Shown in pieces: positions 39,946-48,160 of a DNA stretch of 64,000 nt. The DNA is taken from the NCBI GenBank assembly GCA_966211215.1, contig CBIHNR010000001.1:22658-86657 (forward strand). Direction: 5' to 3'. Below the pieces are notes generated by a model. It was not told the DNA's origin and did no database searches. It saw nothing but the letters and a program-made list of their open reading frames with translations. A program made the translations under genes and the position numbers. The DNA is from an uncultured Pedobacter sp. GTDB taxonomy: Bacteria > Bacteroidota > Bacteroidia > Sphingobacteriales > Sphingobacteriaceae. Position 1 is the first letter of the stretch, and each line of letters begins with the position of its first letter.

Positions 39946-40323
39946 ATGGTAGAGAAAAATAAACAGAACGCAGTAGCCTTTTATGATTTGATGTTTAATC
40001 AGTGCAAAGCAGAAGAGGCTATTATAAAATTTGTTGGCGACGATTATATTCAGCATAATCCGCATGTTGAGGATGGAAAGCAGGGTTTTATTGATTACTT
40101 TAACAGACTGGCTGCCGAATATCCTGGTAAGAAAGTTGAATTTAAAAAGGTAATTGCCGAAGGCGAATTTGTAGTCCTACATTGTTTCCAGCATTGGCCT
40201 GGCGATAAGGACTACGCTGGTATTGATATTTTTAGGTTTGATGACAAGGGGAAGATTGTTGAGCATTGGGATGTTCTGCAAGAGATCCCTATTGTGGCTA
40301 AGAATAGTAATTCCATGTTTTAA
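39946..40323 (+). CDS. SnoaL-like / NTF2-fold family protein
   Basis: 125 aa with N-terminal ...NKQNAVAFYDLMFNQ and ...YIQHNP. typical of small NTF2-like proteins. Confidence 0.7.
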   Translation: MVEKNKQNAVAFYDLMFNQCKAEEAIIKFVGDDYIQHNPHVEDGKQGFIDYFNRLAAEYPGKKVEFKKVIAEGEFVVLHCFQHWPGDKDYAGIDIFRFDDKGKIVEHWDVLQEIPIVAKNSNSMF

Positions 40324-40349
40324 CCCAGGGTTTTATCAGCTTCAATGAA

Positions 40350-40377
40350 AAGGCCTTCCCCGATTTAGAAGAAGGCC
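40350..40377. terminator. bidirectional hairpin between convergent genes
   Basis: AGGCCTTC-(12 nt)-GAAGGCCT, flanked by A-rich and T-containing sequence. Confidence 0.55.
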
Positions 40378-40401
40378 TCGTTAACTTTTAGTTTGTGATG
40401 G

Positions 40402-43014
40402 CTAATAAATTGTCAGAGTTTTGCGTAAATTATTACCGCTGGTTTTATTTGGCTCGTCAGGCTGGCTTCCCCCAACGCTTATTTCCAGCTTTTTAAATTG
40501 TTTACTTAGCCCTTCTGAGTTAATGTACGACAGCTCTTTGGGTGATAGAACGAATCTAAGCAGTTTGCTTTCGGCAGCTTTAAGGTGAACGCGTTTAAAA
40601 CCTTTAAGTGCTTTTATCGGCGATTTTACAGATTGCTCTTTGTTAATAATGTAAAGTTGAGGCACTTCTTCTCCCTGCATTTTTCCGGTATTAGTTACTC
40701 TAAAACTTACAGTTACCGCTTTTCCCTTGGCAACACTTGCTGGAATGCTTAGTTGATCGTAACGGAATGATGAGTAACTTAATCCATAACCAAAGCCGTA
40801 TTGCGGTTTGCCCTTAAAATAGCGATAGGTGCGGTTTTCCATACTATAATCGGTAAAGGAAGCAAGGTCGCTGTCGCTTTTATAAAATGTTACAGGTAAG
40901 CGTCCTGAAGGATTATAATCGCCGAAAAGAATATCAGCTACAGCGGTACCAGCAGCCTGCCCACCATACCAGGCATTAAGAATAGCAGGTACATTTTCCG
41001 CCTCCCAGGGAATGGCTATAGCACTGCCTGTCATCATTACAAAAACAAGAGGTTTGCCTGTTGATTTTAATGATTTCATTAGTTCGGTCTGCACCGCTGG
41101 CAATAGAATAGAAGTTCGGTCGCCGCCTTCAAAGCCCGGATAGTCAACCTTCATCTCTTCGCCTTCCAGTTGTGGCGATATTCCACCAACAAACACAAAG
41201 GCATCTGCATTTTTAATCCGGCTTATCAAAGCTGTAAAGTCGCTGCGGCGATAATTTCCGGCACTTAGTTTTACATTAGCTTTTCCCTCACCCTGCCAAT
41301 ATTCAACTACAAGGTTATAAATAGAATCTTTCTTTGCATTTAAACGATAAGTTTGGGCACCCCAGCGATTTCGGCTCCAGGCATTTAATACAGGTTTCCC
41401 ATTCACGATAAAGCGGTAGCCATCGTCTGCCTGTAGCTCAAAAGTTAGCGATGTGTTTGAGCTGGCTTTAAAATTTGTAGTATATCTTGCTGAGAAATTA
41501 TTTGCCCTGATGTTGGCGCCAACGGCTTCGCCTTCCTGCCAGAAATGGTCTAATTTAGTTTCATTTCGAGTTAGTTTCGGTTGTCCGCTCAAATCTTTAT
41601 TATCAAAATACTCCGCTTTAAAGCCTTGCTTCCCTTCAAAAGAGTATTGATTGCCCAAGTTTGCATATACCAAAAGTGTATCATTGGTGAAGTTTATGGC
41701 TTTCTCATAAACCACCTGCGTTTGCGCCCCGACTTTGTCTCTAATTCCTTGAAGGACGGTGGTTAGTTTGGATGGAATGCCGTTGTAGTTCCCTAGAATA
41801 GCAATAGAGTTATCTGCATTAGGGCCAAGCACAACTATCTTTTTGAGGCTTTTTCTTAATGGGAGGGTATTGTTTTCGTTTTTAAGCAATACCATAGATT
41901 GGCGGGCCATCTTAAGTGCGTGCTCTTTGTGGGGAGCACTTTCAAGGGCCGAAGCAGGTGTTTGGGCATATTTTACCATCGATACAGGATCAAACATTCC
42001 GAGCCGGAAACGGATCATGAACAAGCGTTTTACCGAAACATCGATTTGTTTTTCGGTGATCTTGCCACTTTTTACCGCTTGCACCAGAGCTTTGTAAGCA
42101 TCCGTTCCGCAATCTATGTCGGTTCCATGAAAAACTGCATCAGCAGCTGCAGAGGCTGCATCGGGATGCGTTTTATGGTTTTTAAAGAAGTCGTCAATAG
42201 CCCAGCAGTCTGATGTAACATAGCCTGTAAACTTCCATTGATTACGAAGAATATCTGTCATCAACACATCGCTGGCGCAGCAGGGCTGAGTTCTAAAAGC
42301 GTTATAGGCGCACATTACTCCAGCAACTTTCGAATCAACAACCAGTTTTTGAAAGGCCGGTAGATAGGTGTCCCATAAATCATAAGCGCTTACATCTACA
42401 TTAAACACATGTCTTAAAGGCTCTGGCCCACTGTGCACGGCATAGTGTTTGGCACATGCAGCAGCTTTCAGGTATTTAGGGTCGTCTCCCTGTAAGCCTT
42501 TTACAAAAGCATCGCCAAGTGTTGCGGTAAGGAAAGGATCTTCCCCATAAGTTTCCTGTCCGCGGCCCCAGCGTGGATCGCGAAAGATATTGATGTTGGG
42601 GGTCCAGTAAGTGAGTCCCAAATAACGTTCATTGGTGCGGCTGCTTGCAACAGCTTTGTTATAAATAGCTCGCCCTTCCAGGGCAGAAAAGTCGGCTATT
42701 TTAAAAAGCGAATTCGGGTCGAATGTGGCAGCCATTGCAATAGCCTGCGGGTATACAGTTACTTTGAAAGGAGTTCTGGCAACGCCGTGCAAGGTTTCAT
42801 TCCACCAATCATAAGCTGGAATTTCAAGTCGCGGAATAGCGGGGGAGGAATTCAGCATCTGCGAAACCTTTTCTTCAAGTGTTAAACGGTTTACCAGATC
42901 GTCTACCCGCTGTTCAAAGCTCAAGTTGTAATTCTGAAAAGGGTATTTTGGAGCTTGGGCCTTGGCCAGTGAAAAAATAAAAATACAGAGTGCCGCAAGA
43001 AATGGAACTTTCAT
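40402..43014 (-). CDS. glycoside hydrolase family 3 (beta-glucosidase/beta-xylosidase-like) with inserted PA14 domain
   Basis: Signal peptide, GH3 N-terminus (LTLEEKVSQM, ..WNE.LHG), the nucleophile region GYVTSDC, a PA14-like insert (FKAEYFDNKDLSGQP) and a C-terminal Fn3-like domain. Confidence 0.9.
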   Translation of the reverse strand: MKVPFLAALCIFIFSLAKAQAPKYPFQNYNLSFEQRVDDLVNRLTLEEKVSQMLNSSPAIPRLEIPAYDWWNETLHGVARTPFKVTVYPQAIAMAATFDPNSLFKIADFSALEGRAIYNKAVASSRTNERYLGLTYWTPNINIFRDPRWGRGQETYGEDPFLTATLGDAFVKGLQGDDPKYLKAAACAKHYAVHSGPEPLRHVFNVDVSAYDLWDTYLPAFQKLVVDSKVAGVMCAYNAFRTQPCCASDVLMTDILRNQWKFTGYVTSDCWAIDDFFKNHKTHPDAASAAADAVFHGTDIDCGTDAYKALVQAVKSGKITEKQIDVSVKRLFMIRFRLGMFDPVSMVKYAQTPASALESAPHKEHALKMARQSMVLLKNENNTLPLRKSLKKIVVLGPNADNSIAILGNYNGIPSKLTTVLQGIRDKVGAQTQVVYEKAINFTNDTLLVYANLGNQYSFEGKQGFKAEYFDNKDLSGQPKLTRNETKLDHFWQEGEAVGANIRANNFSARYTTNFKASSNTSLTFELQADDGYRFIVNGKPVLNAWSRNRWGAQTYRLNAKKDSIYNLVVEYWQGEGKANVKLSAGNYRRSDFTALISRIKNADAFVFVGGISPQLEGEEMKVDYPGFEGGDRTSILLPAVQTELMKSLKSTGKPLVFVMMTGSAIAIPWEAENVPAILNAWYGGQAAGTAVADILFGDYNPSGRLPVTFYKSDSDLASFTDYSMENRTYRYFKGKPQYGFGYGLSYSSFRYDQLSIPASVAKGKAVTVSFRVTNTGKMQGEEVPQLYIINKEQSVKSPIKALKGFKRVHLKAAESKLLRFVLSPKELSYINSEGLSKQFKKLEISVGGSQPDEPNKTSGNNLRKTLTIY

Positions 43015-43467
43015 TCTATTATGGTTTTTGTGTGTTTAAAACTGGTGGAAAGCGAGTTTGAAAGCGTGCTAACGTTGGCATAAATTTAAAGATAATTATT
43101 TTTGGAAAGAAGAAGGGCCTGCGGCTTTTGCTGGAAATCTAACATTTGTTGCACAACTTAGAACATATGTTCCCTTACGGCGGGATGTTGGATTCCTATA
43201 GTGGAGCCTGGCTTATTCAAAAGCGGCATTTCTGCTTCTTTGATAATTAAGCCAGAAATGGGAAGGGCAGATTCCACAAGGGCATCAGTTGAAAACTTCC
43301 CGTAATAGAACATCATTCGCATCATTTTAGACATTTCAGCCATTCCATCGATTTCTTAGGGCATAATTTTGAAAAGACGTTAATGCTGTGATTAGCCGAG
43401 GGAAGATCCTGGCCGCATTGGAAGTAAACGTCAACCCTAATCACTTATAAATAAGTATTTCGTAAGT

Positions 43468-44580
43468 ATGGAAAAAAACTTAAGCAGTCTAGCCATTGCC
43501 TTTTTATTAGCTCTTGCCGCATGCTCGGGGCAGCAGTTGTCCGACGCTTCATCTCAGTCGAGTTCTTCAAAACCTGCAGAGTCCGGCAGCCCGTTTGCAA
43601 GCTCAATTTCTCAGCCATTGGTTAAGGATATGTATACTGCAGACCCTTCGGCACATGTTTTTAACGGGAAGATTTTTATTTACCCTTCGCATGATATTGA
43701 GGCTAATATTGCCGAGAATGACAACGGAGATCATTTCAACATGAAGGATTATCATATTTTTTCAATGGATAAAATAGGAGGAAAGGTTACCGACCATGGT
43801 GTTGCCCTGAATGTGAAATCAATTCCCTGGGCGGGTAGGCAGCTTTGGGCCCCAGATGCCGCTTATAAGAACGGTAAATACTATTTATACTTTCCATTAA
43901 AAGATAAACAAGATGTATTTCGCATTGGCGTGGCGGTTAGTGATAAGCCGCAGGGGCCGTTTACCGCACAGCCCGAGCCTATAAAGGGCAGTTATAGTAT
44001 AGATCCGGCGGTGTTTACAGATACAGATGGCAGCTCTTATATGTATTTTGGAGGTATTTGGGGCGGACAGCTACAACAATGGCAAAATGGAAAGCATACC
44101 AATAGCTCTAAAACCGACCTCAATAAGGACAATGAGCCTGCTTTAGCACCAAAAGTTGCAAGGCTTACCAGCAACATGCTTGAATTTGCCGAACAACCCA
44201 AGGATGTGCTGATTTTAGATGAAGCTGGCCAGGTTATAAAAGGCGGGGATCATGACAAACGTTTTTTCGAAGCATCATGGCTGCATAAGTACAATGGAAA
44301 GTATTATTTCTCTTACTCAACAGGAGATACGCATAAAATTTGCTACGCTACAGGAACGAGCCCTTATGGCCCTTTTACTTATCAGGGGGTGGTTTTAGAG
44401 CCGGTTGTTGGTTGGACTAACCACCATTCCATAATAGAATTTGAGGGCAAATGGTACTTATTCTATCATGATACACAGCTATCCAATGGTAAAACTCATC
44501 TTAGGAATGTCAAAGTAACTGAACTAAAGTATGATGCGGATGGCAAGATTATCACCGTGGATGCATATGCTAAAAAATAA
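43468..44580 (+). CDS. glycoside hydrolase family 43 lipoprotein (xylosidase/arabinofuranosidase-like)
   Basis: Lipobox LLALAAC, then GH43 motifs (YTADPSAHVFNGK.Y.Y.SHD, LWAPDA.YKNGKYYLYF, FEASW...YNGKYYFSYS). Confidence 0.88.
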   Translation: MEKNLSSLAIAFLLALAACSGQQLSDASSQSSSSKPAESGSPFASSISQPLVKDMYTADPSAHVFNGKIFIYPSHDIEANIAENDNGDHFNMKDYHIFSMDKIGGKVTDHGVALNVKSIPWAGRQLWAPDAAYKNGKYYLYFPLKDKQDVFRIGVAVSDKPQGPFTAQPEPIKGSYSIDPAVFTDTDGSSYMYFGGIWGGQLQQWQNGKHTNSSKTDLNKDNEPALAPKVARLTSNMLEFAEQPKDVLILDEAGQVIKGGDHDKRFFEASWLHKYNGKYYFSYSTGDTHKICYATGTSPYGPFTYQGVVLEPVVGWTNHHSIIEFEGKWYLFYHDTQLSNGKTHLRNVKVTELKYDADGKIITVDAYAKK

Positions 44581-44704
44581 GCGTTCAATTTGAGATGCTT
44601 ATTAAGAGGCTCCTTCAAAACGGAATTCAAACAGTTTCGGCTTTGAGGCAGCCTTGTTTTGCAATAGTATGTTTATTGGTTATGTAGGTTCAGCCCTATG
44701 TCAG

Positions 44705-45934
44705 TTAACTAATTGCAAGTTTAAGAGATGTCTTTCTTTCAGACATTCTAAAAACAATAATCAATGCTGAAAGTATGGTTAAGCCTCCAATGAAAATAAT
44801 GGCGGTATTAACGTTATACAGATCAGCAATAATGCCTGTTAAAATAGCGCCAATTGCATACCCCAGATCTCTCCATAAGCGAAATGTTCCTATACTTTTA
44901 GCCCTATCAAGTGGGTGCGTATTTTCAGCAATTGTTGCCAGAAAAGTAGGATAAACCATTGCTGTACCTAAACCCAAAATCGCAGCTAATAGGATATAAT
45001 TGATGAGGGAACTAGCCCAGATAAACAGAATTAGTGCTATCCCTTGTAAAAGCATTCCCCAAAAGAGCATCAGCTTTTTAGAAAAATGATCTGCCATCTT
45101 TCCTGTAAATAACTGTCCAATACCCCAAACCGCGGGATAAACAGCTATAATTATTCCTATTTCATCCAAAGCAAAGCCCTTTGTTGCTAAAAGTATCGGA
45201 AACAGGCCCCATGCCATGCCGTCATTTAAATTATTTACCAAGCCAGCCTGTGTAACGGGCCCCAAGTTTTTGTGCTTCCAGGAAGTATCCTTAAAGATAT
45301 TTTTCAGCCTCGCTACCGAACTACTTTCACCTTCTTTAGCACTATGATGATGGGTATCCTTCACAAACAACCAGCTTATAACCAAACCCATAAATACCAG
45401 TCCAATACCTAAATAAAAGGGATAGGGACGTAAGCCATATTCTGTAGCAATCCAGCCTGTTAAAAATCCAATAAGGGCAACGGCAATGTATCCGGCAAAT
45501 TCATTCAAGCCCATGGCAAAACCCCGATTTTTCTCGCCGGCCAAATCAATTTTCATCATTACAGTGGTAGACCATGTTAAGCCCTGATTGATTCCCAACA
45601 ATATGTTTGCGGCTATAATCCAGTTCCAATTTGGGGCATACATTAACAACAGTGGAACCGGAATGCCAATTATCCACCCGACAACCAATAATTTTTTCTG
45701 GCCTAATTTATTTGCTATTGCCCCGGTAAAATAGTTCGTTAAAGCTTTGGTAATCCCAAAGACTACAATAAATGAGAGAATGGCAGTTTTTGCCGCGATG
45801 TGAAATTCATGTTCTGCAATTTGAGGAAGTATAGAACGTTCTAGCCCAACCACTCCCCCAACAAAGGCATTAACGATCACAAGCAAAGTAAACTGTCTCC
45901 AATTTTCTTTTAGCCCAAGATGAATCTGTTCCAT
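44705..45934 (-). CDS. MFS transporter
   Basis: 409 aa, 12 predicted TM helices. It is the last gene of the ArsR-rhodanese / rhodanese-MBL cluster. Confidence 0.85.
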   Translation of the reverse strand: MEQIHLGLKENWRQFTLLVIVNAFVGGVVGLERSILPQIAEHEFHIAAKTAILSFIVVFGITKALTNYFTGAIANKLGQKKLLVVGWIIGIPVPLLLMYAPNWNWIIAANILLGINQGLTWSTTVMMKIDLAGEKNRGFAMGLNEFAGYIAVALIGFLTGWIATEYGLRPYPFYLGIGLVFMGLVISWLFVKDTHHHSAKEGESSSVARLKNIFKDTSWKHKNLGPVTQAGLVNNLNDGMAWGLFPILLATKGFALDEIGIIIAVYPAVWGIGQLFTGKMADHFSKKLMLFWGMLLQGIALILFIWASSLINYILLAAILGLGTAMVYPTFLATIAENTHPLDRAKSIGTFRLWRDLGYAIGAILTGIIADLYNVNTAIIFIGGLTILSALIIVFRMSERKTSLKLAIS

Positions 45935-45967
45935 TAAGTGATATTAAAGACGCGTTCGTATTGTTAA

Positions 45968-47077
45968 TTATGAGATTCCACACCGGTTTGCTCCGGCTTC
46001 AACTTCTTCCGGATTGATGCTGTCAATGTCGCCAACCAAATTCATTTCAACTACTTTTAAATAATTAAGAGGGTTTGGTGGGATCTTGCTTAGAATATTT
46101 GTTATAAAATCTTCCTTTGATAAACCTAAAGCAGTTACGATCTCTTTCACTTTCAGGATTGTGTCGGCAATTGGGTTTCCGTCAAATGGTACAGGCTTGC
46201 CGGTATGTCCGGGAAGAATTAGGGTTGCTTCAGGAAACTGAATGAGCGTCATTAAAGAATCATACAGCAGACCTGCCCGGTATTTGGCCTCTTCTTCGTT
46301 CGCTTTTAAATCAGGCCTTCCAACTCCGTCTGTAAACAGGGTGTCACCTGTAAGAAGATAATTCTCGTTAAGCTGGTAAGTGAAACTTTCGAGTGTATGT
46401 CCCGGTGTTGGTATCGCTTTTAAAATTGAAGCCCCGAATTTCAGCTGCGTGGATGAGTTTATCGGATTAAATGGATATTGAAGCTTATTTTGTTGTGGCA
46501 TGAATAATTCTGCACCAGTAATTTCTGCCAGGCGGAAACTTCTGGAAAGATGATCGGCATGAATATGGGTATCTAAAACATACCTAATTTTCCAGCTACG
46601 TTGGGTAGCTAATGTTTGATAAACTTCAATGTCCAAAGAAGCATCGATCACTACAGCTTCATTTTCAGATCCAATGATATAAGAAAGGCATCCTTTTCCG
46701 GTTCTTCTAACCTGAATAATTGTTGCTTTTACATCCGGAATTAGAGCCGTATTCCAAGCAGACGTCCATGCTTTCATTCCTCCTTCTAGTGAATAAGCTT
46801 CTATCCCTTTTGCCCTTAATGCATCTGAAGCGATTTGACTGGTTCTTCCGGCAGCACATACGGTTACAACCTTGGTATTTTCGGGAACCCGAATTTCGTC
46901 AAGTACACTTAAATCATTTTCTTTTAACCGCTGATATGCATCTATATGGATACTGCCCGGAATTTGCCACTCCTTCCGTTGATCTGCAGGCCTTACATCT
47001 AATACTAATACATCTGAATGGTTATCGAGCCAATCTCTTAATATAGTTGTATCGATACTATACTTTCTTGTTTCCAT
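45968..47077 (-). CDS. rhodanese-domain / metallo-beta-lactamase-fold fusion (persulfide dioxygenase-like)
   Basis: N-terminal rhodanese with active-site loop CAAGRTS, then MBL motifs (HIHADH, PTPGHT, GDTLF). Confidence 0.85.
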   Translation of the reverse strand: METRKYSIDTTILRDWLDNHSDVLVLDVRPADQRKEWQIPGSIHIDAYQRLKENDLSVLDEIRVPENTKVVTVCAAGRTSQIASDALRAKGIEAYSLEGGMKAWTSAWNTALIPDVKATIIQVRRTGKGCLSYIIGSENEAVVIDASLDIEVYQTLATQRSWKIRYVLDTHIHADHLSRSFRLAEITGAELFMPQQNKLQYPFNPINSSTQLKFGASILKAIPTPGHTLESFTYQLNENYLLTGDTLFTDGVGRPDLKANEEEAKYRAGLLYDSLMTLIQFPEATLILPGHTGKPVPFDGNPIADTILKVKEIVTALGLSKEDFITNILSKIPPNPLNYLKVVEMNLVGDIDSINPEEVEAGANRCGIS

Positions 47078-47747
47078 CGCTATTATTCATTATGCTTACA
47101 GGTAAACCCTTTAATTTCCAGTCAGGAAAGCCTTCTTCTAATCGGTTAGCCGAGAAATTATGCTGGCGCAAAACATGAACAGCTTCATCAGCAAAAACGC
47201 AAAAGGGCCCCCGACAATAAGCTATTATTTGCTTATCAGAAGGCAGTTCAGCCAAGCGGCCTTTCAACTCATTGAAAGGGACTGATATAGAGCCTGAAAT
47301 GTGCCCCGATTCATATTCGTCTGTTGGCCTGACGTCCAGGAAAATCACATCTTCCAAATTTGTTTTTTTTAATAATTCGGCTATTGTAACTGACTGAAGG
47401 CTGTCTTTATTCGCCCGAAATTCTTTAACCACTTTGTCAATTTCCGCTATTCTGGATGTGCCAAAATTTCGCAACGAGGTATAAATGTTAGCTACTTCAT
47501 TATTGGTAAGCTTATAGCTAATGAAATTGCCTTTGCGTTGTACTGTTACTATGTTTCCGGCCTTTAGTACCTGTAAATGCTGAGATGCATTGGCAGTGGA
47601 CATACCAGTGTGAGCAGCAATTACTTCGACTGTTTTTTCTCCTTGTGCTAATAGGTCGACGATTTCTAACCTTCTAGGGTTTCCTAAAGCCTGGGAGATT
47701 TTTGCAAGTTCAGAGAATACCTTGTCTTTGAATTCTCGTTTTTCCAT
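47058..47747 (-). CDS. ArsR/SmtB-family HTH regulator fused to a C-terminal rhodanese domain
   Basis: ArsR wHTH (LGNPRRLEIVDLL...V.E.....G.S.ANASQHLQVLK..G.V) plus rhodanese (LDVRP..EY..GHI.GS...P, active-site loop CRGPFC). It has a 20-nt overlap with the downstream gene. Confidence 0.85.
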   Translation of the reverse strand: MEKREFKDKVFSELAKISQALGNPRRLEIVDLLAQGEKTVEVIAAHTGMSTANASQHLQVLKAGNIVTVQRKGNFISYKLTNNEVANIYTSLRNFGTSRIAEIDKVVKEFRANKDSLQSVTIAELLKKTNLEDVIFLDVRPTDEYESGHISGSISVPFNELKGRLAELPSDKQIIAYCRGPFCVFADEAVHVLRQHNFSANRLEEGFPDWKLKGLPVSIMNNSDGNKKV

Positions 47748-47869
47748 AACACAAAGGTAAAACTTATTTTAAACAATTCAATTGATTTGTTGAATAGATT
47801 GTTGGCTCTTATATCCAAAATTATAATCGGGAATATTGAATAGGGATTTCAAATAATCCATCATTATTC

Positions 47870-47877
47870 TATCTTTG
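47870..47877 (+). promoter_or_regulatory. -7 promoter box (TATCTTTG) for tRNA-Arg
   Basis: Exact TAnnTTTG match ending 9 nt before tRNA position 1. Confidence 0.5.
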
Positions 47878-47885
47878 CGCCTAGC

Positions 47886-47957
47886 GTTCCCGTAGTTCAA
47901 TGGATAGAATTGATGATTCCGGTTCATCCGATGGGGGTTCGAATCCCTTCGGGAACA
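47886..47957 (+). tRNA. tRNA-Arg (anticodon CCG)
   Basis: Folded by hand. 7-bp acceptor stem (GTTCCCG/CGGGAAC), D arm with GG, 5-bp anticodon stem (GATGA/TCATC), and loop TTCCGGT giving anticodon CCG. The T loop is TTCGAAT. It is 72 nt long and CCA is not encoded. Confidence 0.9.
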
Positions 47958-47960
47958 CTT

Positions 47961-47990
47961 AAAAACCCTTGAAATCAAGGGTTTTTTTTT
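47961..47990 (+). terminator. rho-independent terminator after tRNA-Arg
   Basis: AACCCTT-GAAATC-AAGGGTT followed by a 9-T run. Confidence 0.85.
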
Positions 47991-48101
47991 GCCCACACTT
48001 CTTGCACTTCGCCTAACAACATAATGTCAAAAAGCTTTTAAAGAGAAAATAAAAGAACTTTTTTTGTTGCTATAGCAGGTGTTTTAGCGCTTGAAAATAA
48101 A

Positions 48102-48137
48102 AAAGGGACTCAAAGCCGGATGCTTTTGAGTCCCTTT
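48102..48137 (-). terminator. terminator hairpin downstream of the giant T9SS gene
   Basis: AAAGGGACTCAAA-(10 nt)-TTTGAGTCCCTTT with A/T runs on both sides, 24 nt past the stop at 48161. Confidence 0.7.
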
Positions 48138-48160
48138 TTATTTGAGGTATTGCAAGGTTA

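Noticed and set aside
43158-43343. 61-aa ORF in the GH3 / GH43 divergent region
   Set aside because: The Met-rich N-terminus (MAEMSKMMRMMFYY) and lack of any recognisable family make it unsupported. It could be a gene remnant, but there is no evidence for that.
47778-47996. 72-aa minus-strand ORF
   Set aside because: It lies directly over the tRNA-Arg gene, its promoter box and its terminator.
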